From NCBI GenBank assembly GCA_021372785.1, contig JAJFTT010000036.1, positions 94,029 to 158,028 of the forward strand: a stretch of 64,000 bases of DNA, read 5' to 3'. The notes below the pieces were generated by a model. That model did not search any database. It worked only from the letters and a program-made list of their open reading frames with translations, and was not told the DNA's origin. A program made the translations under genes and the position numbers. Below are positions 49,493-58,170 of the stretch, piece by piece (the stretch's first letter is position 1; every line of letters begins with the position of its first letter). The stretch is from Negativicutes bacterium (GTDB taxonomy: Bacteria; Bacillota; JAAYKD01).

Positions 49493-49702
49493 ACGGCAAT
49501 CAGTTCATCCCCAAAATGTTTTGTGTCTCGGCTACGCCAGACATTGGCAAAACCAAAAAAGCGGATGCCTGCTTCCTTTTATAGATTTGTCTGTCAATCA
49601 AGGAAATACCTCCATTTTAATAATATATCTGCAAAGCGCCTGCTCTTTGCTCTGGTATTTTCCGATCCCATCAAGTCTGTTACCTTCGACGAAGCTGCAA
49701 TT

Positions 49703-49782
49703 CATTTTAAAATCCATTCCTTTCGCAGTGCTCAAGGCACATATAGAGATGAAAAGGATGCAAACAGTTTCTTTTCACGCTA
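49703..49782. repeat. Dispersed 80-bp repeat, copy 1 (76/80 identical to copy 2 at 59588-59667)
   Basis: cattttaaaatccattcctttcgcagtgctcaaggcaca-atagaga-gaaaaggatgcaaacagtt-cttttcac-cta; on the minus strand it carries gaaaggaATGGATTTTAAAATG (RBS plus MDFKM start). Confidence 0.85.
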
Positions 49783-49833
49783 TTGATCTCACAATCTTTT
49801 ATCAGTAAACGCAATGCCGGCATCAATTGATTT

Positions 49834-50979
49834 TTACTTTTCCGGACTGAATTGACTTTTGTATTGCTGCTTATTTTCATACATCAGTCTATCCAGTTTT
49901 TTCAAGAATTCTTCCGCATTCATGGCACACTGATCATCATAAAGAGCAGACCCAATGCTCACACTCAAAGCATAAGGTTGCTGGCTGGTTTTGTTATACT
50001 GCGCAAAAGCCTGATGGATTTTCTCTTCCATGCTTTGAAGTGCCGTCTGATCAGCCTGCTCCAAGATAATGAAAAATTCATCACCGCCGAAACGGGCAAC
50101 AAAATCCGCTAAGCGCAAAACGCTGCTGACTAAACCAGCCGCTGTCTTCAAAGCATGGTCTCCCGCTTCATGCCCAAATTGATCATTGATGATTTTAAAA
50201 TCATTCAAGTCCAGCATCATCGCTGCAAAAAACTGGCCGCTGCCTCTGCCGTTGATTTTATCTGTTAAATAAAGGTCAAGTTTCCTGCGATTACTGACTC
50301 CGGTTAAATAATCCGTATGAATGATTTGATTCTGGATATTTAAGTAAATAATCAACAAAGAAACGGCCAGACTGTTCAGACTAAAGGCAACCCCATAAAT
50401 AAAGATCTGCAAAATAACCGCAATACCGGGAGGAAAAGCAAAAAAAACCAGTGCAAAAAACTGTCTTGCTTCCATTTTACTTCTATTTTTTAAAATCAAA
50501 ACATAGGCAGCAATCATCATCGCAAAAGTTCCGACAAAAATCAGCGGATAATAGACGGTCCTGTGATAAATATTCGCGGCATCAATCGTATAAAACCAAC
50601 CGTATTTCAAAGACAAAGTCACGATTACACCATAACCTACGTTGACAGCCGCCAGCCATCGCGCCAGCCGTTTCGTTTTCAGCTCATCACCCACGATTTG
50701 CTGATAAACGTACAACAGCCATAAAGACGGTATGCTCCAGTTGAAGAGAAAAACCAGATAATTTCCCACTTGATTCAAGAGGGGGTAAATGGTATCCGGC
50801 CTTCCGTCAAACCGCCCCATCAGATCCACCACCAACAGCAGGATCGCCGCTTTTACCAACAAGTTATAAATTTTATTCTGCAGGGATTCTTTTTCTGCAT
50901 TCTTGATGGATAAAATATAGATGATGAATAAAAGCACGATGGAATAAGCGTTTAAGACAATATTCACGCCGAGATTCAT
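49834..50979 (-). CDS. Membrane-anchored GGDEF diguanylate cyclase
   Basis: About 6 N-terminal TM helices followed by a GGDEF domain (RFGGDEF). Confidence 0.85.
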   Translation of the reverse strand: MNLGVNIVLNAYSIVLLFIIYILSIKNAEKESLQNKIYNLLVKAAILLLVVDLMGRFDGRPDTIYPLLNQVGNYLVFLFNWSIPSLWLLYVYQQIVGDELKTKRLARWLAAVNVGYGVIVTLSLKYGWFYTIDAANIYHRTVYYPLIFVGTFAMMIAAYVLILKNRSKMEARQFFALVFFAFPPGIAVILQIFIYGVAFSLNSLAVSLLIIYLNIQNQIIHTDYLTGVSNRRKLDLYLTDKINGRGSGQFFAAMMLDLNDFKIINDQFGHEAGDHALKTAAGLVSSVLRLADFVARFGGDEFFIILEQADQTALQSMEEKIHQAFAQYNKTSQQPYALSVSIGSALYDDQCAMNAEEFLKKLDRLMYENKQQYKSQFSPEK

Positions 50980-51324
50980 GGCTCATTTCTCCTAATCGGT
51001 TCTGCTGCAGTTTACGCTTGCCCAACAGGAGTTGGATCGCGTCTGATGTTTGATTTGTGGTGAATACTCCATTGATTGAAACCAAACCAGACGCTGCCGG
51101 TTCCAGTTTGACGATCCAAAAACCTTTGGTTCGTGCTTATTTTACTATATATACTGTATAAACACAAGAAATATCGGGAAATATTCCTGCTTGCGCGTAT
51201 TTGGACAGTTTTGTTCCATTCTCACCAATCTAAGAACAACCGAAGAGTATGTTGCTTTTCCTGCATTTATTTGGTATCATAAAATAAAAGCAGAAGCAAA
51301 GCAAGCAGATAAGAGGGAAAAAAG

Positions 51325-52374
51325 ATGGAAAACCAGGAACAGCCGCATCAACGCCGGGCTCGCTATACGGGTACGCATCCAAAATCTTATCAGGAGAAAT
51401 ATAAAGAATTACAGCCGGAACGTTATGCGGATACCATTGAAGAATTGCTGCAAAAAGGGAAAACACCGGCCGGCATGCATCGCCCTGTCTGCGTGCAGGA
51501 AATTTTGCAATTCCTGCAGGTGACACCGGGACAAATCGGGCTGGACGCCACCTTAGGTTATGGCGGACATACCGTAGAACTCCTAAAATGTCTGCAGGCA
51601 AAGGGGCATTTATACGCCATTGATGTGGACCCCATGGAACTGCCGCGCACCCGGGCGCGCCTGGAGAACTTAGGTTACGGCTCCGACATCCTGACAACGA
51701 GACAAATGAATTTCTCTGCCGTCGACCAAATCGCCAAAGAGGCAGGGCCCTTCCATTTTATCCTGGCGGATTTAGGTGTCTCTTCCATGCAGATTGACAA
51801 TCCGGCCAGAGGCTTCTCTTTTAAACGCGAAGGTCCTCTGGATTTGCGGCTCAATCCGCAAAAAGGGAAATCCGCCGCGGAGCGCCTGCGAACCATTACA
51901 GAAGAGGAATTGCAGGGACTGCTGCTGGAAAATTCCGATGAACCGTATGCCGCACCGATCGCCCGTGCAGTAATTGCCGCCAGAAAAAGCGGCAAAGTGA
52001 TTGCCACCACCGGCCAGTTGCAGCAAATTATCAGCGAAGCCCTGAAATTTATTCCGGGAAAAAATAAGGAAGATGAAATCAAGAAAGCCTGTCAGCGCTG
52101 TTTTCAAGCCCTGCGTATCGATGTGAATCACGAATTGGAAGTGCTCTATCAATTCTTAGAAAAACTTCCCGACGCTTTGGCGCCGGGCGGCCGGGTGGCA
52201 ATCCTATCCTTTCATTCGGGTGAAGACCGTCTCGTCAAGAAATCTTTTCAGCACTTTTACCGGGAAGGGATCTATCGCGAAATTGCGCCCGACCCCATTC
52301 GACCGACAGCCGCGGAATGCAGCAGCAACAGCCGCGCCCGCTCCGCCAAACTGCGTTGGGCAATCAAAGCCTGA
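51325..52374 (+). CDS. RsmH/MraW-like SAM-dependent methyltransferase paralog
   Basis: GLDATLGYGGHT and DLGVSSMQIDNPARGFSFKREGPLDLR match RsmH motifs. The protein has a 50-aa basic N-terminal extension and is not in a dcw cluster. Promoter-like TTGCTT-17-TATCAT and RBS agaggga lie upstream. Confidence 0.7.
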   Translation: MENQEQPHQRRARYTGTHPKSYQEKYKELQPERYADTIEELLQKGKTPAGMHRPVCVQEILQFLQVTPGQIGLDATLGYGGHTVELLKCLQAKGHLYAIDVDPMELPRTRARLENLGYGSDILTTRQMNFSAVDQIAKEAGPFHFILADLGVSSMQIDNPARGFSFKREGPLDLRLNPQKGKSAAERLRTITEEELQGLLLENSDEPYAAPIARAVIAARKSGKVIATTGQLQQIISEALKFIPGKNKEDEIKKACQRCFQALRIDVNHELEVLYQFLEKLPDALAPGGRVAILSFHSGEDRLVKKSFQHFYREGIYREIAPDPIRPTAAECSSNSRARSAKLRWAIKA

Positions 52375-52526
52375 TTGACGCCTCCAGAGCTCTGCGGTGA
52401 CGACAATAAAGCGCGCTGCAACTTGGCTTCAAAGTTTCTTCTTAAAAACCGATGCATAGGATAGCGGAACACTATTGATTGGTAGGGAATGGTCTAGACC
52501 GTACCGTCGCCTCTAGAGCCCAATGG

Positions 52527-52565
52527 AAAAAGTCCGGAGGAATTTTTTATTCCGCCGGACTTTTT
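52527..52565. terminator. Bidirectional intrinsic terminator between convergent rsmH-like and RAYT genes
   Basis: A6-gtccggagg-loop-ccgccggac-T5. Confidence 0.6.
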
Positions 52566-52657
52566 GCTATTAAATTGAGCATATGCTATTTTTTTGCACT
52601 CAGCTTCGCTATCTTGGCACAATGTCAGCACCGCATCTCCATTGCATAAAAGCGGCC

Positions 52658-52718
52658 GTGTTCCAGGGGGACGGGGGTGTTGGCTCAGGTGTTCCAGGGG
52701 GACGGGGGTGTTGGCTCA
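52658..52718. repeat. REP-like elements, two tandem copies (A1, A2) at the 3' end of the RAYT gene
   Basis: gtgttccagggggacgggggtgttggctca twice (52658-52687 and 52689-52718), in inverse orientation to copy B. Confidence 0.8.
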
Positions 52719-53462
52719 CAACTCCTCAATCACTCTCCTGGATATGCCAGTGACTCTGGCTATTTGTCGGATAGAAAAATTGCTTTTTGCCTTTATGTTT
52801 CTAAGAATTTCATCTCTGCTTGCTTTTGTAAAACTTTGAATTTCATCCATACGATCTAAATGAGCCATTTTTCTCATTGCTTCTCTGGCTTCGTTATCAT
52901 TAAATCTATTGCTGGCAAGGTATTCCAGACAATTATCCTGATTTTGTTCATTATGATACTCCAGAAACTGATCTTCTGGCATTATACTGAAAGCAAGATA
53001 ACTATCCACTATTTTATGCTTCATAAAATAGTCATGGTAGCTGCTCCATTTATAATCGGATATGTCAGAAACAATACCCGCTTTTACCGGATTCTGATGA
53101 ATATACCGGATTACCGTCAATAAATAACGCATATTTTCAATGTTCTCACTTTTAAAACGATCCTGATATAAATGACCGCATCTCTGATACTTCGTATTAT
53201 ACCAATGCACATAACTTGCGCAGATCTTACGCATTGATGTTCCCAAATTGTCGTCTTTCATTAATAGATGAATATGATTGCTCATTAAGCAGTATCCAAG
53301 AAGTTCAAATTCGCATTGCTCTTTATACAATACAATTGTTTGCAGAAACCTATCTTTGTCTTCGTCATCTTCGAAAATATCTTGATGATTGATACCTCTC
53401 ATCATTATATGATAGATCCCGCTTTTGCTTTTCTTTCTTGCTGTCCTAGGCATTTCATTCAC
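52716..53462 (-). mobile_element. REP-associated tyrosine transposase (RAYT, IS200/IS605-like Y1 HUH transposase)
   Basis: 248 aa; HUH motif MSNHIHLL and catalytic Tyr region RYIHQNPVKAG; flanked by inverted REP copies at 52658-52718 and 53625-53653. Confidence 0.75.
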
Positions 53463-53624
53463 CTCAATCTCTGTTGCAGGGGACCGGAGCTGAATATGCT
53501 CTATTTACATACCTATATTTATACTTTTTTTTATTAATATTTCCCCCGTTTAAAAAATAGTATACTCTATCAAATTTATCGTGTCAATATCCTCACCCCT
53601 CGACTCTCAAATCTTGTGCCAACA

Positions 53625-53653
53625 CCCCCGTCCCCTTGGCACATTTGACAAAT
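53625..53653. repeat. REP-like element copy B, upstream of RAYT, inverted relative to copies A
   Basis: tgtgccaacacccccgtccccttggcaca. Confidence 0.8.
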
Positions 53654-53733
53654 GAGCGGATTGACCTTATAATATGCCCCATAGGGGTATATGGCATCTC
53701 ATTCGGTTTTTGGAAAGGCGGCGCTCTCAGATG

Positions 53734-55626
53734 AAATTTTTTAAAAAAATCCGGGGGGAAGAATCGTTTCGCACACTGTGTTTGACAATATTTTCGGGAA
53801 TCTTTCTCTTGGCAAGCTTTTTTGGTTGGCTTTCGGATCTACCTTTTGATCCGGCTTGGATCGCCATTGTAATCAGCGGTATTCCCATTGTATTTGGCGC
53901 TGTACTGGGATTGGTCAAGGAGTTTGATGTGACGGCCGATGTCCTGGTGGCAATTGCCCTGATTGCCGCTGTTTGGATTGGGGAATACTTTGCTGCCGGC
54001 GAAGTTGCCTTCATAATGCAATTAGGTAAGGTTCTTGAAGACGTAACAGCCGGAAAATCACATCAGAGTCTGCAGGCGCTGATCAATCTCACTCCGCAGC
54101 AAGCTTGTATCCGCACAGCAGAAGGTGAGAAAGTTATTCTGGCTGCCGCAGTGCAAAGCGGCGATCTCATTTTAATTCGCCCCGGCGAATCAATCCCAGT
54201 GGACGGCAGGATTATTCACGGTAATACTACCATCAATCAATCGGTAATGACCGGAGAATCCGTACCGGTTGACCGCACAATCGGCGACGAAGTCTACCAG
54301 GGAACCATCAATCAGCAAGGTGTGATTGAAATTGAAGCCACTCAGGTCGGCGAGGATTCTTCATTGAAAAAGATGATTCATCTGGTTGAGGAAGCGGAAG
54401 AAAACAAAGCACCCATTGTGCGTATCGCGGATAAATGGGCTCGCATTCTTGTACCGGTTGCCCTGGGTTGCGCTTTACTGATTTGGCTGATCACCAAAGA
54501 TGTTTATCGAGCCGTCACAGCGCTCGTTGTCTTTTGCCCATGTTCACTGATCCTCGCTACTCCAACGGCAATGATGGCTGCCATAGGCAATGCAACCAAA
54601 AATGGAATTCTGATTAAATCCGGTGCGGCGGTAGAGGCAGTGGCAAAGCTCGATACGCTGGTGATGGATAAAACCGGTACCTTAACTTACGGTAAGCTGC
54701 AAGTGGAGGATCTTCAGATTCTCGACCCGAACCTGGAGCGCAATCGTTTTCTCGCTTTCATCGCCAGCGCAGAGAAATTCTCCGAGCATCCATTGGCAAA
54801 AGCGATCATAAACTATGCTCACAGCCAAGGTATTGTGGCAAAAGATCCCGACAGTTTTGAAATGCAGCCGGGGAAAGGGGTTACAGCACTGGTTGATGGG
54901 CATAAAATCTCGCTCGGCGAAAAAATTATTGGTCAAGAACAGATCCAAAATCATCCTGTGGCAGCCCACATGATTGAACAAATGCAAAAACAGGGTAAAA
55001 CTGTTTTGCCCGTTCTGTGTGATGAAACAATCATCGGCATCATCTCAATCGCCGATACACTCCGCAAAGAAGCGAAAAGCACCCTAGCCGAACTGAAACG
55101 AAGCGGCATTGAGCGCATCGTTATGCTGACCGGAGATCATCAGGTTGTAGCGGATTTCATTGGAACTGCGGCTGGTGTAACCGATCTCTTTGCCTCCCAA
55201 CTGCCTGAAGACAAAGTAAATTCCATCCGGCACTTAACGCAGCAAGGTTATTTTGTCGGCATGGTTGGCGATGGCATAAATGATGCTCCTGCTCTTGCCA
55301 CCGCCTCTGTCGGAATTGTCATGGGTGCCATCGGGTCCGACGTAGCCTTGGAAGCCGCAGATATTGCTCTGATGGGTGACGATATCAGTAAACTACCTTT
55401 TTTGATTCGGATCTGTCGAAAAACAAAAAGCCGGATCGTTTTTAACATCGTAATTTCAATGATTTTGAATTTTGGTGCCATCATTCTGGCAGGTTTTGGC
55501 TGGCTTACTCCGGTCACTGCGGCTTTGGTTCATAATTTAGGCTCGGTGTTCGTCGTTGTCAATTCGGCATTGCTGCTCACTTATCGGGAAACGGATTCCC
55601 TTGTTTTGCCAATAACTGCCAATTAA
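53734..55626 (+). CDS. P1B-type heavy-metal-translocating ATPase (CPC motif, no N-terminal HMA domain)
   Basis: CPC in TM6 (VVFCPCSLILATP), DKTGTLT, GDGINDAP; start taken at MKFFKK. Confidence 0.85.
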   Translation, partial: KFFKKIRGEESFRTLCLTIFSGIFLLASFFGWLSDLPFDPAWIAIVISGIPIVFGAVLGLVKEFDVTADVLVAIALIAAVWIGEYFAAGEVAFIMQLGKVLEDVTAGKSHQSLQALINLTPQQACIRTAEGEKVILAAAVQSGDLILIRPGESIPVDGRIIHGNTTINQSVMTGESVPVDRTIGDEVYQGTINQQGVIEIEATQVGEDSSLKKMIHLVEEAEENKAPIVRIADKWARILVPVALGCALLIWLITKDVYRAVTALVVFCPCSLILATPTAMMAAIGNATKNGILIKSGAAVEAVAKLDTLVMDKTGTLTYGKLQVEDLQILDPNLERNRFLAFIASAEKFSEHPLAKAIINYAHSQGIVAKDPDSFEMQPGKGVTALVDGHKISLGEKIIGQEQIQNHPVAAHMIEQMQKQGKTVLPVLCDETIIGIISIADTLRKEAKSTLAELKRSGIERIVMLTGDHQVVADFIGTAAGVTDLFASQLPEDKVNSIRHLTQQGYFVGMVGDGINDAPALATASVGIVMGAIGSDVALEAADIALMGDDISKLPFLIRICRKTKSRIVFNIVISMILNFGAIILAGFGWLTPVTAALVHNLGSVFVVVNSALLLTYRETDSLVLPITAN

Positions 55627-55671
55627 ATACAGGTTCAATCTGCAATTCGCAAAGAATGAGGAGGTCATGTT

Positions 55672-55953
55672 ATGTCCGCACATCCCCATCACGATACCGA
55701 AAAACTTTGCCAACGTCTCAACCGCATCGAAGGGCAGTTGGGCGGGATCCGCAAGATGCTTGAAAATGATCAACCCTGCGATGAAATCATTATTCAATTG
55801 AATTCCGCTAAAGCAGCTTTACAGAAGATCAGTCAAATTATCCTGGAAGATCATCTCGATCATTGTGTAATTGACGCGCTTCGTGACGGCGAAAGCGAAG
55901 TTCAAATTGATAGTTTAAAACGCGCTATCCGTCAATATACCAAAATGGTTTAA
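55672..55953 (+). CDS. csoR: CsoR/RcnR-family metal-sensing transcriptional repressor (Cys-His-Cys fingerprint, CsoR-like)
   Basis: RLNRIEGQLGGIRKMLENDQPCDEII...EDHLDHC; DUF156 fold with a C-H-C ligand set. Confidence 0.8.
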   Translation: MSAHPHHDTEKLCQRLNRIEGQLGGIRKMLENDQPCDEIIIQLNSAKAALQKISQIILEDHLDHCVIDALRDGESEVQIDSLKRAIRQYTKMV

Positions 55954-56525
55954 CAAAAGCGTGTGCCAACACCCCCGTCCCCCTGGCTCAGATAATCTTC
56001 CGTCCATTGATGAATCATGGCATGTAGTTTTTCATGAACTCCCGCTCCCATGACGGTCTCTTCAAATTGTTCAAATTGCTTATACAATTCATCCTGTTTT
56101 GCTTCGCTGCAAGCGCGGTCTGCCATAACAAATAGAACATTATTTTCCTTTTCGATATGACTGCGCAGAAGAATTGCGTAATGATTGGCATTCAGTTGGA
56201 AGTTCACCGGATCCGCTGCTATTACCGCCTGGCTGATCAAAGCAAGATATTCCCTGCCCATTTGATGCTCGATAAGCATGACGCCAATCGGGCCGCCTTG
56301 CTTTGGGATCCCCAATTTCTCCAATACCGGAAATAGGTAATTCTCTTCTTTCCCGTGATGACATTGATCGGCAAATGTTTTCAGAAAGTAAACGAGTTGT
56401 TCGCCAAACAGCATTTTTTTATCGGTTTCCAGCTGCGATGACAGAACATGATCCGTGATCTCAAGGACATTCAGAATGGCGGTATGCTCCTTTTTCAGAT
56501 CCTGTATTGCTTTTCCCATAACCAT
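55950..56525 (-). CDS. Hemerythrin-like (HHE cation-binding) domain protein
   Basis: 191 aa with paired H..E / HH motifs (HHGKEENYLFP, EHQMG). Confidence 0.65.
   Translation of the reverse strand: MVMGKAIQDLKKEHTAILNVLEITDHVLSSQLETDKKMLFGEQLVYFLKTFADQCHHGKEENYLFPVLEKLGIPKQGGPIGVMLIEHQMGREYLALISQAVIAADPVNFQLNANHYAILLRSHIEKENNVLFVMADRACSEAKQDELYKQFEQFEETVMGAGVHEKLHAMIHQWTEDYLSQGDGGVGTRFC
55961..55990. repeat. REP-like element copy C
   Basis: gtgtgccaacacccccgtccccctggctca directly after the csoR stop. Confidence 0.8.
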
Positions 56526-56660
56526 TGCCTCCTTCTCCTTTTATGCCGGACTAGAAAACTTTTCCGGCTGTTTTACAATTCCGCATCCATTGATATTCCA
56601 ATCTGACTCAATCCTATATTCTACACCATTGCGCTTTCATCCTGCATACAGTTCGACTGT

Positions 56661-56782
56661 TACCAGGGGGTTGTTACCAGGGGGACGGGTGTTACCAAGG
56701 GGACGGGGGTGTTGGCACAAATTTTGTGCCAACACCCCCGTCCCCCTGGCTCTTGTGCCAACACCCCCGTCCCCTTGGCTCA
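56661..56782. repeat. Cluster of REP-like elements (at least 3 intact and 2 degenerate copies, including a perfect palindromic dimer)
   Basis: Copy D3 at 56696-56719 (ccaaggggacgggggtgttggcaca) faces D4 at 56725-56752 across aatt; D5 is at 56754-56782; degenerate units lie at 56661-56695. Confidence 0.8.
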
Positions 56783-57256
56783 CTTAACGAATTCAATGGC
56801 TTCCTTGCCGGTGATTTGTTCAATGTCAATGGCAATTAAGTAAGATTGACTGCAGCCGTCCACTTCTCTTTGCCTGGCTGCCTCTGGTTGATCCCCTGCG
56901 TATTTTTCCACGAAGGCCAGGAACGCCTGCCGCTGTTCGGCGCCTTCGGCAATTCTGGCGCGGCCAAAAGCAATCACGCTGCGGAAATAAGTTGTGTATT
57001 TTCCACTGATAATTTTGTCTTCATCAATCACCGCAAAAGATACCTTCGGATTCCTGAGGATCGCGTCTATTTTATGGCCGGCCTTTGCCGAATGAAAATA
57101 GATTTTCTCATGATCATAGACATAACTGAGCGGCACCGCATAGGGGTAATCATCATCCCCTAAGCACGCCAGAACCCCATTGGTGCATCTGTTCATTACC
57201 GCTGCCGTATCCTGCAGTGATAACAATTGTTTTTCTCTGCGCATGGCGCGAAACAT
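56780..57256 (-). CDS. Pyridoxamine 5'-phosphate oxidase-family (NimA-like, putative nitroreductase/flavin-binding) protein
   Basis: About 159 aa from the internal MFRAMRREKQLLSLQDTAAVM... The upstream 88 aa of the listed ORF overlap the neighbouring gene, so the internal start was chosen. Confidence 0.65.
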   Translation of the reverse strand: MFRAMRREKQLLSLQDTAAVMNRCTNGVLACLGDDDYPYAVPLSYVYDHEKIYFHSAKAGHKIDAILRNPKVSFAVIDEDKIISGKYTTYFRSVIAFGRARIAEGAEQRQAFLAFVEKYAGDQPEAARQREVDGCSQSYLIAIDIEQITGKEAIEFVK

Positions 57257-57278
57257 CTTGTTTCCCTCACTTTCGCTT

Positions 57279-57806
57279 TCAGCATTTCCAATCGATTTTG
57301 GCCGGATGCGGCTCATCGACGACTGCCACCGCCTGCAATGCAGCCAGCATACGTCCGCATTCTTCCGCCGCAGCAAGCTGCAACTGTTCCCACTGCACTT
57401 CGGTTCCCAGTTTATCGTAAGCAACCGCCAAGGCACCATACAAGGCAAGCCCGATGCTATGCCTGGCGGAGTGAATTGTTGAAGCGCATTGCCCGATTGC
57501 CCTGGCTGCGGCCTGCGCACCCGGATTTGTTTCGCTTTCCCGGGCGGCGGCGTGACAGGCGAGGATGGCGGCTTTGGCTTCCGGCAGCTTGATGGTTCCT
57601 GCTAACCAGGCTTTGGCAGCCTGCAGGGCCTGCTGCGGCCGCAAATCGTGCGGGTACGCTTTAACCCACAGCGGTAAAATAAAGTGTTCGGCATAATCAA
57701 CCGCCCAATGCGCCAGCGTGGGTTTACTCTGCGTGCCTATCAGTGTCAGCAGCAATTGAATAGACGGCGCCTGCCAGTCGCTGAGCATTTTTCTCGCTTT
57801 AGGCAA
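57279..57806 (-). CDS. All-alpha hypothetical protein, possibly an orphan immunity-type protein (Imm-like)
   Basis: 175 aa, Ala/Leu-rich helical; the WAVDYAEHFILPLW motif recalls proteins annotated as putative immunity proteins. No adjacent toxin gene is visible. Confidence 0.35.
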   Translation of the reverse strand: MPKARKMLSDWQAPSIQLLLTLIGTQSKPTLAHWAVDYAEHFILPLWVKAYPHDLRPQQALQAAKAWLAGTIKLPEAKAAILACHAAARESETNPGAQAAARAIGQCASTIHSARHSIGLALYGALAVAYDKLGTEVQWEQLQLAAAEECGRMLAALQAVAVVDEPHPAKIDWKC

Positions 57807-57837
57807 TCAGATCATCCTCTCTCTCCTGCAGCCGCGC

Positions 57838-58170
57838 TTATTTAACATGTTCAATAAACGTGACAGTCACGCTGTCACCCGGTTGTTTGGCAATTTTGGC
57901 ACGAATTTCTTTTCGGATGCCAATGATCGGACCGGGTGCACCCATCCTGACCAGTTGTCCATCATAGGGCTCTTCGTCAAATGTGGCATGAACCGCAACA
58001 CGAGACTTGCCGAATGCCGCTTTTAAGTCATAGGGTACTTCCAAATAAGCGCCGTCGATATCGGGCACTTTCTCAATGCTCGCCGTTAATTGATCAAGCT
58101 TGGGGTTCGTGGCTGACACTCCTCTTGGTGCGTTATGCCAGCTGCTGTTTGTTTTTCTAGTATTTGCCAA
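57838..58170 (-). CDS. DUF1905-domain protein
   Basis: GAYLEVPYDLKAAFGKSRVAVHATFDEEPYDGQLVRMG matches the DUF1905 core. Confidence 0.6.
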   Translation of the reverse strand: MANTRKTNSSWHNAPRGVSATNPKLDQLTASIEKVPDIDGAYLEVPYDLKAAFGKSRVAVHATFDEEPYDGQLVRMGAPGPIIGIRKEIRAKIAKQPGDSVTVTFIEHVK

